Shown in pieces: positions 20,630-30,123 of a stretch of DNA of 64,000 bases. How positions within the stretch are numbered: position 1 is the stretch's first letter; every line of letters starts with the position of its first letter. The notes below the pieces were generated by a model. The model had not been told where the DNA came from and ran no database searches. It saw nothing but the letters and a program-made list of their open reading frames with translations. The position numbers and the translations under genes were made by a program. Origin of the DNA: Paludibacteraceae bacterium (GTDB lineage Bacteria; Bacteroidota; Bacteroidia; Bacteroidales; Paludibacteraceae). The DNA lies in assembly GCA_045576595.1 (NCBI GenBank), contig JAZNGV010000031.1:13903-77902 (forward strand), in the 5' to 3' direction.

Positions 20630-21895
20630 ATGAAAAAAGTATTAGTCGTAGGTGGCGGTGGACGAGAGCATGCTATCGTGCATGCGCTCTCGTGTAGCGT
20701 GAAAGTGGAGAAAATATACTGCGCACCAGGTAATGCAGGTATAGCACAACTCGCAGAGTGCGTGGCTATCAAAGATACCGATGTGGAGGGGTTGCTTCTC
20801 TTCGCCAAAGAGACAGAAGTGGACCTAACCGTTGTAGGACCAGAAGCAGCACTCGCCGCAGGCGTGGTGGACGCTTTCCGTGCCGAAGGAATGCCTATCT
20901 TCGGGCACACCAAAGCAGCTACACAGATTGAGTCCAGCAAGGAGTTTGCGAAAATCATCATGCAGAAATACCATGTGCCTACTGCTGCCTATCAGTCCTT
21001 CAGCGATTATGAAGAGGCATTAGCATATGTGCAGGCAGGACGATTGCCTATTGTGCTCAAATACGATGGACTAGCGGCTGGCAAAGGAGTGGTGATAGCC
21101 AATACCCTTGAAGAAGCAGACACTGCCCTGCAAGATATGCTATGCAATGAAGCATTTGGCAAAGGAAAAGTGGTGGTGGAGGAATACCTCGAGGGACCTG
21201 AGTTCTCTTTCATGTGTTTTGTGAACGGAGAGAAGGTTTATCCAATGCCTCTCTCGCAAGACCATAAGCGCGCATACGACAACGATGAAGGACCGAACAC
21301 AGGCGGTATGGGCGCCTATACACCGCTGCCTTTCGTGACCGAAGAAGACGAAGCGTTTGCAAAGAAGTATATCCTTGAGGCAGTAGCCAAAGGCATGTGT
21401 GCCGAAGGATTACCACTCACAGGTGTGCTCTATGGTGGACTGATGAAGACAGCACAAGGTATCAAAGTGATTGAGTTCAATGCACGCTTTGGTGACCCGG
21501 AAACCGAAGTCGTTCTTCCGCTCCTTGAGTCTGATGCCTACGATGTATTCTACGGCATTGCAACAAACACACTCCCCTACAAGAAAGAGCAGGGTGGAGG
21601 CTTGTCATGGCGTAACGAAGCCACAATAGGCGTGGTACTTGCATCCAAAGGTTATCCGGGAGATTATACCAAAGGTGCGGTGATTGAAGGCACAGAGGTC
21701 TTTGATGGTCCTATCTTCCATATGGGTACGCAGAACGAGAACGGGGTGCTGAAAACCAATGGCGGACGCGTAATGATGTGCATTGCTACAGGCAAAGATA
21801 TTAGTGCCGCACGCGAGAAAGTATATAACGAAATGGAGAAAATCCAATGCTCAAACCTCTTCTACCGCAAAGATATCGCCCACTGGGCGCTTTAA
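20630..21895 (+). CDS. purD: Phosphoribosylamine--glycine ligase
   Basis: MKKVLVVGGGGREHAIVHAL..., ATP-grasp core and VIEFNARFGDPETEV motif; 421 aa. Confidence 0.93.
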   Translation: MKKVLVVGGGGREHAIVHALSCSVKVEKIYCAPGNAGIAQLAECVAIKDTDVEGLLLFAKETEVDLTVVGPEAALAAGVVDAFRAEGMPIFGHTKAATQIESSKEFAKIIMQKYHVPTAAYQSFSDYEEALAYVQAGRLPIVLKYDGLAAGKGVVIANTLEEADTALQDMLCNEAFGKGKVVVEEYLEGPEFSFMCFVNGEKVYPMPLSQDHKRAYDNDEGPNTGGMGAYTPLPFVTEEDEAFAKKYILEAVAKGMCAEGLPLTGVLYGGLMKTAQGIKVIEFNARFGDPETEVVLPLLESDAYDVFYGIATNTLPYKKEQGGGLSWRNEATIGVVLASKGYPGDYTKGAVIEGTEVFDGPIFHMGTQNENGVLKTNGGRVMMCIATGKDISAAREKVYNEMEKIQCSNLFYRKDIAHWAL

Positions 21896-21951
21896 GTGCC
21901 GTAGGCACGAAAAGTGGTCGCACAACGAAGTAAATGGTCTTTGACGCAACG

Positions 21952-22014
21952 CCACCATTCGTGAGCCAAGGGCGAACCACTTTCGCGCAGCCACTATTCG
22001 TGAACAAAGTGAAC
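21952..22014 (+). repeat. REP-like intergenic repeat (two tandem units), copy 1
   Basis: ccaccattcgtgagccaagggcgaacca (21952-21979) is identical to 23423-23450. A degenerate second unit follows, and an inverted partial copy lies at 21908-21921. Confidence 0.7.
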
Positions 22015-22021
22015 TAAAAAT

Positions 22022-22873
22022 ATGATAATCGACGGAAAACAAATTTCGCAGTCCCTCAAGGATGCGATGAAAATAGAAGTAGAAGCACTGGAAGCGCAGT
22101 ATGGTCGCCGTCCATGCTTGATGGTCATTATTGTAGGCAACAATCCTGCCAGCCGTTCCTATGTAACAGGTAAGATCAAAGCCACCGAGTACTGCGGTTT
22201 TGATGGACACCTCGTGGAACTGCCAGAAGATGTGAGCGAAGCAACACTCCTGGCAGAGATAGATAAACTCAATAACGATAATCAAGTGGATGGAATATTG
22301 GTGCAACTACCTTTGCCTAAACATATCTCCGAGGATAAGGTCATCGCTGCTATCTCTGCAGAGAAAGATGTGGATGGTTTTCACCCGGAGAATGTGGCAC
22401 GCTTGTGGCTCAACCAACACTGCATCCTCCCATGCACCCCAAAAGGTATCATCGAACTCCTCGACCAAGCGGGCGTGGAGATAGCAGGCAAGAAAGCAGT
22501 TGTCATCGGTCGCAGTAATATAGTGGGTAAGCCTGTTTCTAAACTGCTGCTCGACCGCAATGCTACGGTTACTATTGCGCATAGCCGCACCAAGGACCTC
22601 GCTGCTGTATGCCGTGAAGCAGATATCTTAGTGGCTGCCGTAGGACGCGCCAAGATGGTGACGGCAGAGTTTGTCAAACCCGGTGCAGCGGTAATAGATG
22701 TGGGTATCAACCGCACCGAGGCAGGTAAATTGGTGGGCGATGTGGATTATGAGGCAGTATTGCCTATTGCTGGCGCTATCACCCCTGTGCCAGGCGGTGT
22801 AGGACCCATGACCATCACCATGCTCATGCGTAATACGATTGAGTGCTTTATTAATAGAATGAATAAGTTATAA
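22022..22873 (+). CDS. folD: Bifunctional methylenetetrahydrofolate dehydrogenase/cyclohydrolase
   Basis: 283 aa; VGNNPASRSYV, DGILVQLPLP, DVDGFHP and GRSNIVGKP motifs. Confidence 0.93.
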   Translation: MIIDGKQISQSLKDAMKIEVEALEAQYGRRPCLMVIIVGNNPASRSYVTGKIKATEYCGFDGHLVELPEDVSEATLLAEIDKLNNDNQVDGILVQLPLPKHISEDKVIAAISAEKDVDGFHPENVARLWLNQHCILPCTPKGIIELLDQAGVEIAGKKAVVIGRSNIVGKPVSKLLLDRNATVTIAHSRTKDLAAVCREADILVAAVGRAKMVTAEFVKPGAAVIDVGINRTEAGKLVGDVDYEAVLPIAGAITPVPGGVGPMTITMLMRNTIECFINRMNKL

Positions 22874-22885
22874 TAGTATATTTTC

Positions 22886-23353
22886 ATGAATTTCGGTACT
22901 CCCCTTACTTCTGTGGCTACTAAGGCGTTATTGCTTGGAAGTGGCGAATTGGGCAAAGAAGTAGCCCTCGAACTCCAGCGTTATGGCGTGGAAGTTATTG
23001 CGTGCGATAAGTACGCCAATGCGCCAGCTATGCAAGTGGCACATCGTAGTCATGTTTTCAATATGCTGGACGGTACTAAGCTTCGTCAAGTGATTGAAAC
23101 AGAACAACCATCATTGATTATCCCTGAAGTAGAAGCTATTGCTACCCCTACTCTCGTCGAATTAGAAAAAGAAGGTTACCGCGTTATCCCTACGGCTAAC
23201 GCGGCTTTTTTAACTATGAACCGTGAGGCCATCCGCCGTATGGCAGCCGAAGAGTTGGGTCTGCCCACCGATGAAAATACTGAAAAAGCCGTAGCGAAAG
23301 CTATTGAGGCTTTTGACCAACTTAAAGTCGCAGGCGAATTAAAGTTGGTGTGA
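22886..23353 (+). pseudogene. purT: purT remnant (formate-dependent GAR transformylase) with large in-frame internal deletion
   Basis: 155 aa. The N-terminal ~125 aa match PurT ([43 protein letters not shown]...[19 protein letters not shown]). They are joined directly to a PurT-like extreme C-terminus ([16 protein letters not shown]). The ATP-grasp core is absent. Confidence 0.7.
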
Positions 23354-23367
23354 ATGGCGGCAAAGCC

Positions 23368-23450
23368 GCGAATAGTGGTGCCGAGCCACCATTCGTGAGC
23401 GCAGCGAACCATTTTCGCGTAGCCACCATTCGTGAGCCAAGGGCGAACCA
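23368..23450 (+). repeat. REP-like intergenic repeat, copy 2
   Basis: Inverted arm cgcgaatagtggtg, then two units ccaccattcgtgagc-N-gcgaacca at 23386-23422 and 23423-23450. Confidence 0.7.
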
Positions 23451-23478
23451 AAAACGTAAACAAATTAACAACACATAT

Positions 23479-24771
23479 ATGATTGAACGTTACAGCCGCG
23501 CAGTCATGCGCAACATTTGGACAGAAGAGAATAAGTTCAATGCTTATCTCGAAGTAGAAATCTTGGCTGCTGAGGCGTGGAGCACCTTGGGTGTTATCCC
23601 AGCAGAAGATGTACAACTCTTGCGTGAGAAAGCTACATTCAATATCGACCGCATCCACGAGATAGAAGAAATCACTCGTCACGATATCGTTGCTTTCACC
23701 CGCACAGTGAGCGAGTCGTTAGGCGAAGAGAAAAAATGGGTACACTACGGACTTACCTCTACCGACATAGTGGATACCGCGAATGGATATTTGCTCAAGC
23801 AAGCCAATGAGGTGTTGCGCAAAGATTTGCACTCTTTCTTGGAAGTGTTGAAGCGCCGCGCGAATGAGTTCAAATACACACCTGTTATCGGTCGTACCCA
23901 CGGCATGCACGCCGATGTGAGCAGTTTTGGTCTCAAGTGGGCATTATGGTACGAAGAGATGCGCCGTAACTTAGAGCGCTTCGAGATGGCAGCCAAAGGT
24001 GTAGAGGCAGGTAAATTGTCTGGCGCGGTAGGTAACTACGCGAATATCCCACCAGCAATCCAAACCTATGTATGCGAGCACCTTGGCATTGAGTCGGCTG
24101 CGATAGCCACACAAGTGTTGGGTCGCGACCGCCATGCCTTCTACTTGGCTACGCTTGCAGTTATCGCCGGTACGCTTGAGCAAATGGCATTGGAGGTACG
24201 TAATATGCAGCGCCAAGAAGTGCGTGAAGTGGAAGAAGCTTTCCGCAAGGGACAGAAAGGTTCTTCGGCTATGCCACATAAGCGCAACCCTATTTCATCG
24301 GAGAATATTTGCGGTTGTGCGCGAGTGATGCGCGGATACATGTGTACTGCGAGCGAGAACATCGCCTTGTGGCACGAGCGTGACATATCCCATTCCTCTA
24401 CAGAACGCATCGTGCTGCCTGACGCAACCATGCTGCTCGATTATATGTTGGCACGCTTCGAGGGCATCCTCGATAACCTCGTAGTTTATCCAGAGAATAT
24501 GCTTCGCAATATTGGTCTCACCCACGGAGCTATCTTCGCACAGCGAGTGATGAATGCACTGATAGAGAAGGGTTTTGTGCGTGAGCAAGCATATGACCTC
24601 GTACAACCTGTGGCAATGAAGACGCTGATGGAAGGTGGCGAGATGCAAGAAAATCTCAAACTCACCGAAAGTGTGACAGCACATCTGAGCAACGAGGAGA
24701 TTGACGCATGCTTTAGTTTGGATTATTACATGAAGAATGTAGATTATATCTTCCAGCAAGTAGGTATCTAA
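23479..24771 (+). CDS. purB: Adenylosuccinate lyase
   Basis: MIERYSR..MRNIWTEENKF..., GLTSTDIVDTA and SSAMPHKRNP signature. Start moved to 23479 because the track start reads through the REP element. Confidence 0.92.
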   Translation: MIERYSRAVMRNIWTEENKFNAYLEVEILAAEAWSTLGVIPAEDVQLLREKATFNIDRIHEIEEITRHDIVAFTRTVSESLGEEKKWVHYGLTSTDIVDTANGYLLKQANEVLRKDLHSFLEVLKRRANEFKYTPVIGRTHGMHADVSSFGLKWALWYEEMRRNLERFEMAAKGVEAGKLSGAVGNYANIPPAIQTYVCEHLGIESAAIATQVLGRDRHAFYLATLAVIAGTLEQMALEVRNMQRQEVREVEEAFRKGQKGSSAMPHKRNPISSENICGCARVMRGYMCTASENIALWHERDISHSSTERIVLPDATMLLDYMLARFEGILDNLVVYPENMLRNIGLTHGAIFAQRVMNALIEKGFVREQAYDLVQPVAMKTLMEGGEMQENLKLTESVTAHLSNEEIDACFSLDYYMKNVDYIFQQVGI

Positions 24772-24774
24772 CCA

Positions 24775-24830
24775 CTAATCGCTAATCACTAATCGCTAAT
24801 CGCTAATCACTAATCACTAAACGCTAAACA
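24775..24830 (+). repeat. Tandem heptamer array (ctaatcR x8)
   Basis: ctaatcg ctaatca ctaatcg ctaatcg ctaatca ctaatca ctaaacg ctaaaca, starting 4 nt after the purB stop. Confidence 0.9.
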
Positions 24831-24845
24831 TAAATACAATAATAT

Positions 24846-25919
24846 ATGTCAAAAGTGACCTTGAAATTATCTGATGGTACATGCTTCGAAGGTGTATCTA
24901 TCGGGTATGAGAAAAATGTAACGGGAGAGGTGGTATTTAATACCACAATGATAGGTTATCCGGAAGTGCTGACCGATGCAGGCGCGCGAGGACAAATAGT
25001 AGTGATGACCTATCCGCTCATTGGTAACTATGGAGTGCCTGCATGCAGCGAACAAGAGAATGGTCTATCCGATTATCTGGATAGCAATGCTATTCACCCT
25101 GCGGCACTCATCATGACGGAATATAGTCCTGAGTACTCGCACTGGAATGCGAATGAGAGCCTCGCTCAATGGCTCATCCGCGAACAGATACCAGCCGTTA
25201 TGGGGATAGACACACGCGCCCTAACCAAACATCTGCGCGAAAAGGGGAGTATGCAAGCCACACTCTTTTTTGAGAACGATAACACGCTTCCAAAAGCGAA
25301 TGAAGAACATCTTGTGGCGCAAGTCAGTTGTACCCAACCCATCACCTATAACAGCGGTGCAGGGAAGAAAGTGGTACTCGTCGATTGTGGCGTGAAGCAA
25401 AGTATCATTCGCTATCTCATTGGGCGTGGCGTAGAAGTGATACGCGTGCCATGGGATTATGATTTCAATACACTCACCTTTGACGCACTTATCATCTCCA
25501 ATGGTCCGGGAAAACCTGAAGAATGCCAGCCAACTATCAATAACATACGGACTTTCCTTGCCAAAGGCGAAGATAAACCATTATTGGGATTGGATTTAGG
25601 CAACCAACTCCTCGCCCTCGCGGTGGGAGCGAAAGTGTCTAAGCATAAATATGGTCACCACGGTGCTACCCAACCTGTGCAACTTGCCAATGAGAAACGC
25701 TGTTTCATCACTGCGCAGAACCATGGTTATGTTGTAGAGGGTGATACCTTACCCGCTGAATGGAGGGAGTGGTTTATTAATATGAATGACAATACCAATG
25801 AGGGTATTCGTCACAACCAAAAACCATGGATGGCAGTTCAGTTCATACCGGAAATGAATTGCGGACCCATTGACACAGAGTTTGTATTCAATAACTTTAT
25901 CGAAATTCTTAATAAATAA
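24846..25919 (+). CDS. carA: Carbamoyl-phosphate synthase small-subunit homologue lacking the glutaminase Cys and His
   Basis: N-domain GEVVFNTTMIGYPEVLTD is typical of CarA. GLDLGNQ replaces GICLGHQ (Asp codon 25593-25595). VQFIPE replaces FQGHPE (Ile codon 25845-25847). Confidence 0.85.
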   Translation: MSKVTLKLSDGTCFEGVSIGYEKNVTGEVVFNTTMIGYPEVLTDAGARGQIVVMTYPLIGNYGVPACSEQENGLSDYLDSNAIHPAALIMTEYSPEYSHWNANESLAQWLIREQIPAVMGIDTRALTKHLREKGSMQATLFFENDNTLPKANEEHLVAQVSCTQPITYNSGAGKKVVLVDCGVKQSIIRYLIGRGVEVIRVPWDYDFNTLTFDALIISNGPGKPEECQPTINNIRTFLAKGEDKPLLGLDLGNQLLALAVGAKVSKHKYGHHGATQPVQLANEKRCFITAQNHGYVVEGDTLPAEWREWFINMNDNTNEGIRHNQKPWMAVQFIPEMNCGPIDTEFVFNNFIEILNK

Positions 25920-25924
25920 CAACC

Positions 25925-28900
25925 ATGGAGAAGAAAGAGATTAAGAAAGTGTTAGTGCTCGGTTCAGGAGCACTCAAAATTGGCGAAGCAGGTGAGTTTG
26001 ATTATTCGGGTTCACAAGCACTCAAAGCATTGCGCGAAGAGGGTATATACACGGTACTCATCAATCCGAATATCGCAACTGTTCAGACCAGCGAAGGAGT
26101 AGCAGACAAGATCTATTTCCTCCCGGTCAATCCATTCTTCGTGGAGCGTGTTATTAAGAAGGAGCGCCCCGATGGTATCCTCCTCGCTTTTGGTGGACAG
26201 ACAGCCCTCAACTGTGGTGTGGAATTGTACAAGACAGGTGTATTAGAGAAATATAATGTACAGGTATTGGGTACACCCGTACAAGCCATCATGGATACTG
26301 AGGACCGCGAACTATTCGTGGAGAAACTGGATGAGATAAATGTAAAGACTATCCAAAGCGAAGCCTGCGAGACTATTGAGGCAGCACGCGCTGCAGCGAA
26401 AGCACTGGGTTATCCTGTCATCCTACGCGCTGCGTATGCATTAGGTGGACTCGGTTCGGGTTTCTGCGATAATGAAGAAGAACTGAATAAACTCGCAGAG
26501 AAAGCCTTCTCGTTCTCACCACAAGTGCTTGTAGAGAAATCACTCAAAGGATGGAAAGAGATTGAATATGAGGTAGTGCGCGATAAATATGACAACTGTA
26601 TTACCGTATGTAATATGGAGAACTTTGACCCGCTTGGTATTCACACAGGAGAGTCTATCGTCATCGCTCCAACCCAAACGCTCACCAAATCCGAGGCATC
26701 CAAACTGCGTGCACTCGCTATCAAGATAGTGCGCCATGTGGGCATCGTGGGTGAGTGTAATGTGCAATACGCCCTCGACCCCAATTCAGAGGACTATCGT
26801 GTCATCGAGGTCAATGCACGCTTGTCACGCTCATCGGCACTCGCATCCAAAGCAACAGGTTATCCACTCGCTTTCGTGGCTGCCAAGATAGCACTCGGGT
26901 ACGGTTTGTTTGAACTGACAAACTCGGTTACAAAGAATACGCCAGCTTTCTTCGAACCTACACTCGATTATATTGTAGCCAAACTGCCACGCTGGGATTT
27001 GGGTAAGTTCCGCGGAGTGGATAGAGAGATAGGTTCATCTATGAAATCCGTAGGTGAAGTGATGGCTATCGGTCGCACTTTTGAGGATACTATTCAGAAG
27101 GGGCTTCGTATGATAGGCCAAGGCATGCATGGATTTACTGAGAATAAAACTCTTCATGTTGATGACCTTGACCACGCACTCGCAGCGCCCACCGACAAGC
27201 GTATATTCTTTATCTCACAAGCATTGCGCGAGGGATACACGATTGACCGTCTGCACGAACTGACCAAGATAGACCGTTGGTTCCTCGAAAAACTGCAGAA
27301 TATATGCCGCACCGACGCAGAGTTGCAAGCCGTTTCCAATATGCAATCCCTCAGTGCTGACCTCTTGCGCAAGGCGAAGATACAAGGTTTCTCTGACTTC
27401 CAAATAGCGAAGGCGATTGGTTTGGGCGAACAGATGGATATGGACCTGGCTGTGCAAGTAGCACGCAAATATCGTCAGTCATTGGGCATCAATCCAGTGG
27501 TGAAGCAGATAGATACACTCGCCGCAGAATTCCCTGCGCAAACCAATTATCTCTATCTCACTTATTCGGGTACAGAGCACGATATAGAATATGTCAATGA
27601 CCGCAAATCGGTAGTAGTACTCGGTTCGGGTGCGTACCGTATTGGCTCTTCGGTAGAGTTCGACTGGTGCGGCGTACAAGCCCTCAAAACCATCCGCGAG
27701 AATGGTTACCGCTCCGTCATGATCAACTATAACCCAGAAACGGTCTCTACCGATTACGACATGTGCGATCGCCTCTATTTTGACGAACTCACTTTCGAGC
27801 GCGTCATGGATATCTTGGAATTGGAGAATCCACACGGAGTGATCGTTTCTACAGGTGGACAGATACCGAATAACCTTGCCCTCAAACTTGATGCGCAGCG
27901 TATGCCTATCTTGGGTACTACCGCGCGCTCTATCGATAACGCTGAGGACCGAGATAAGTTCTCTGCTATGCTTGACCGAATTGGTGTGGACCAACCCGAA
28001 TGGAGCGCACTTACCTCAATGGAAGATGTGAAAGCTTTCGTAGACAAAGTGGGATTCCCAGTACTCGTACGCCCATCGTATGTGCTCTCAGGAGCAGCGA
28101 TGAATGTGTGCTTCAATCAGGACGAACTGGACCGCTTCCTCAAACTCGCTTCTACTGTCAGCAAGAAGCACCCAGTGGTCATCTCTAAGTTTATGCTTAA
28201 TACCAAAGAGGTGGAGATGGACGCAGTGGCAAAAGATGGAGAAATCATCGCTTATGCTATCTCCGAGCATGTGGAGTTCGCGGGTGTACACTCAGGTGAC
28301 GCCACTATCCAGTTCCCTGCGCAGAAACTATATGTGGAGACAGTACGCCGTATTAAGAAAATTTCCGGACAGATTGCACGCGAACTCAAGATATCTGGTC
28401 CATTCAATATTCAGTACTTGGCCCGTGATAACGAAATCAAGGTTATCGAGTGCAACCTCCGTGCGTCGCGTTCCTTCCCATTTGTGTCGAAAGTACTCAA
28501 GATTAACTTCATCGATATCGCTACGCGTATCATGCTTGGTTTACCAGTGGAGAAACCAAATAAGTCGCTCTTTGACTTTGACTATGTAGGTGTTAAGGCT
28601 TCGCAGTTCTCTTTCAACCGTTTGCAGAAGGCTGATCCAGTAATCGGTGTGGATATGACATCCACTGGCGAGGTAGGATGCTTAGGTGAGGACGCTAATG
28701 CTGCCCTTCTTACCTCAATGCTCTCTGTCGGAATGCGTGTGCCAAAGAAGAATGTACTCTTCTCTATCGGTTCGCCCAAACAGAAAGCACAGATGTTGGA
28801 AGCAGCGCGCCAACTCATCGCTAAGGGCTATAATATCTATGCTACGCAAGGAACAAGCAATTTCCTGAACGAAGCGAATGTGCCTAACACAGTGGTTTAT

Positions 28901-29152
28901 CAGCCATCTGAACAGGGTACACCACAAGCTATTGACCTCATGCGTGATGGAACGATTGAGTTCGTGGTGAGTGTACCAAAGGATATTGTGACCGACCCAC
29001 AACACGATGTGTGCTATCATGTGCGCCGTGCGGCTATTGACCTCAATGTACCTCTGCTCACGAATGCACGCCTCGCATCAGCATTCATCAATGCTTTCTG
29101 TACAATAGATATAGACCAACTCGCTATTCAATCATGGGACGAATATAAATAA
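25925..29152 (+). CDS. carB: Carbamoyl-phosphate synthase large subunit
   Basis: 1075 aa with duplicated ATP-grasp halves ([24 protein letters not shown] / [21 protein letters not shown]) and a C-terminal MGS-like domain. Confidence 0.95.
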   Translation: MEKKEIKKVLVLGSGALKIGEAGEFDYSGSQALKALREEGIYTVLINPNIATVQTSEGVADKIYFLPVNPFFVERVIKKERPDGILLAFGGQTALNCGVELYKTGVLEKYNVQVLGTPVQAIMDTEDRELFVEKLDEINVKTIQSEACETIEAARAAAKALGYPVILRAAYALGGLGSGFCDNEEELNKLAEKAFSFSPQVLVEKSLKGWKEIEYEVVRDKYDNCITVCNMENFDPLGIHTGESIVIAPTQTLTKSEASKLRALAIKIVRHVGIVGECNVQYALDPNSEDYRVIEVNARLSRSSALASKATGYPLAFVAAKIALGYGLFELTNSVTKNTPAFFEPTLDYIVAKLPRWDLGKFRGVDREIGSSMKSVGEVMAIGRTFEDTIQKGLRMIGQGMHGFTENKTLHVDDLDHALAAPTDKRIFFISQALREGYTIDRLHELTKIDRWFLEKLQNICRTDAELQAVSNMQSLSADLLRKAKIQGFSDFQIAKAIGLGEQMDMDLAVQVARKYRQSLGINPVVKQIDTLAAEFPAQTNYLYLTYSGTEHDIEYVNDRKSVVVLGSGAYRIGSSVEFDWCGVQALKTIRENGYRSVMINYNPETVSTDYDMCDRLYFDELTFERVMDILELENPHGVIVSTGGQIPNNLALKLDAQRMPILGTTARSIDNAEDRDKFSAMLDRIGVDQPEWSALTSMEDVKAFVDKVGFPVLVRPSYVLSGAAMNVCFNQDELDRFLKLASTVSKKHPVVISKFMLNTKEVEMDAVAKDGEIIAYAISEHVEFAGVHSGDATIQFPAQKLYVETVRRIKKISGQIARELKISGPFNIQYLARDNEIKVIECNLRASRSFPFVSKVLKINFIDIATRIMLGLPVEKPNKSLFDFDYVGVKASQFSFNRLQKADPVIGVDMTSTGEVGCLGEDANAALLTSMLSVGMRVPKKNVLFSIGSPKQKAQMLEAARQLIAKGYNIYATQGTSNFLNEANVPNTVVYQPSEQGTPQAIDLMRDGTIEFVVSVPKDIVTDPQHDVCYHVRRAAIDLNVPLLTNARLASAFINAFCTIDIDQLAIQSWDEYK

Positions 29153-29163
29153 ACTCATACTAT

Positions 29164-30111
29164 ATGAACGCTTTAACTTCAACAAACTTCAATTTTCCTG
29201 GTCAGAAACAAGTATATAATGGCAAGGTACGCGATGTGTACTTCATTGGTGATGACCAATTAGTTATGGTTGCTACAGACCGTATATCTGCTTTTGATGT
29301 AATCTTACCAAAAGGTATTCCTTTCAAGGGACAGATACTCAACCAGATTGCCGCTAAGTTCCTGGATGCTACAACGGATATCGTTCCTAACTGGAAACAA
29401 GCCACACCAGACCCAATGGTTACCATAGGTATCCGCTGCGAGGGTTATCCTATTGAGATGATTGTCCGCGGCTATCTGTGCGGTTCAGCATGGCGTGCCT
29501 ATAAGAGCGGCGTGCGCGAGATATGCGGTGTAGCGCTTCCTGAAGGAATGCGCGAGAATGAGCAGTTCCCTACACCTATCATCACCCCTACTACAAAGGC
29601 AGAGATTGGCGCGCATGACGAAGATATCTCTCGTGAGCAAATAATCAGCCAAGGACTCGTGTCCGAAGCAGAGTATGCACAGTTGGAGAAATACGCACTC
29701 GCACTCTTCCAAAGAGGACAAGAGATAGCTGCCAAACAAGGACTTATCCTCGTTGATACCAAGTATGAGTTTGGTAAAAATGGAGAACAAATCATCCTCA
29801 TGGATGAGGTGCATACCCCTGACTCAAGCCGCTATTTCTATGCCGATGAGTACGAAGAGCGTTTCCAAGCAGGACTACCACAAAAGCAGTTATCAAAGGA
29901 GTTCGTACGCGAATGGTTGATAGAGAATGGTTTCCAAGGCAAAGAGGGACAGCAAGTGCCTGAGATGACAGACGAAGTGGTAGCAGGTATTACTGACCGC
30001 TATATGGAGTTGTATGAGTGTATTACAGGCGAGAAACTTGTTATTGATGCCTCTTCCCAAGACCTCACCGCTCGCATTGAGAACAATGTGAATAACTATC
30101 TAACCCGATAA
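29164..30111 (+). CDS. purC: Phosphoribosylaminoimidazole-succinocarboxamide synthase (long form)
   Basis: 315 aa; [16 protein letters not shown] and [10 protein letters not shown] motifs. Confidence 0.9.
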   Translation: MNALTSTNFNFPGQKQVYNGKVRDVYFIGDDQLVMVATDRISAFDVILPKGIPFKGQILNQIAAKFLDATTDIVPNWKQATPDPMVTIGIRCEGYPIEMIVRGYLCGSAWRAYKSGVREICGVALPEGMRENEQFPTPIITPTTKAEIGAHDEDISREQIISQGLVSEAEYAQLEKYALALFQRGQEIAAKQGLILVDTKYEFGKNGEQIILMDEVHTPDSSRYFYADEYEERFQAGLPQKQLSKEFVREWLIENGFQGKEGQQVPEMTDEVVAGITDRYMELYECITGEKLVIDASSQDLTARIENNVNNYLTR

Positions 30112-30123
30112 CCACTACTCATT

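Noticed and set aside
21896-22021. Riboswitch (ZTP/pfl, THF or purine) upstream of folD or purD
   Set aside because: I could not find the conserved cores: no GGGTCGTGACTGGCG...CCGCCTGGGC-type ZTP elements and no purine-aptamer junction. The folD upstream sequence is instead the repeated REP-like element also found at 23368-23450.
23350-23478. Longer purB start (MNGGKAANSGAEPPFVSAANHFRVATIREPRANQ...)
   Set aside because: The extension is the translation of the REP-like repeat that also occurs non-codingly at 21952-22014. Canonical PurB begins at MIERYSR (23479).
24775-24830. Tandem repeat arrays considered as CRISPR
   Set aside because: The units are 7-21 nt with no unique spacers between them, and no cas genes are present in the window.
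28104-28589. 161-aa alternative-frame ORF within carB, and several other ORFs overlapping carB, pnp, uvrB and bamA
   Set aside because: All lie inside long, strongly conserved genes in other frames or strands and have compositionally skewed sequences.
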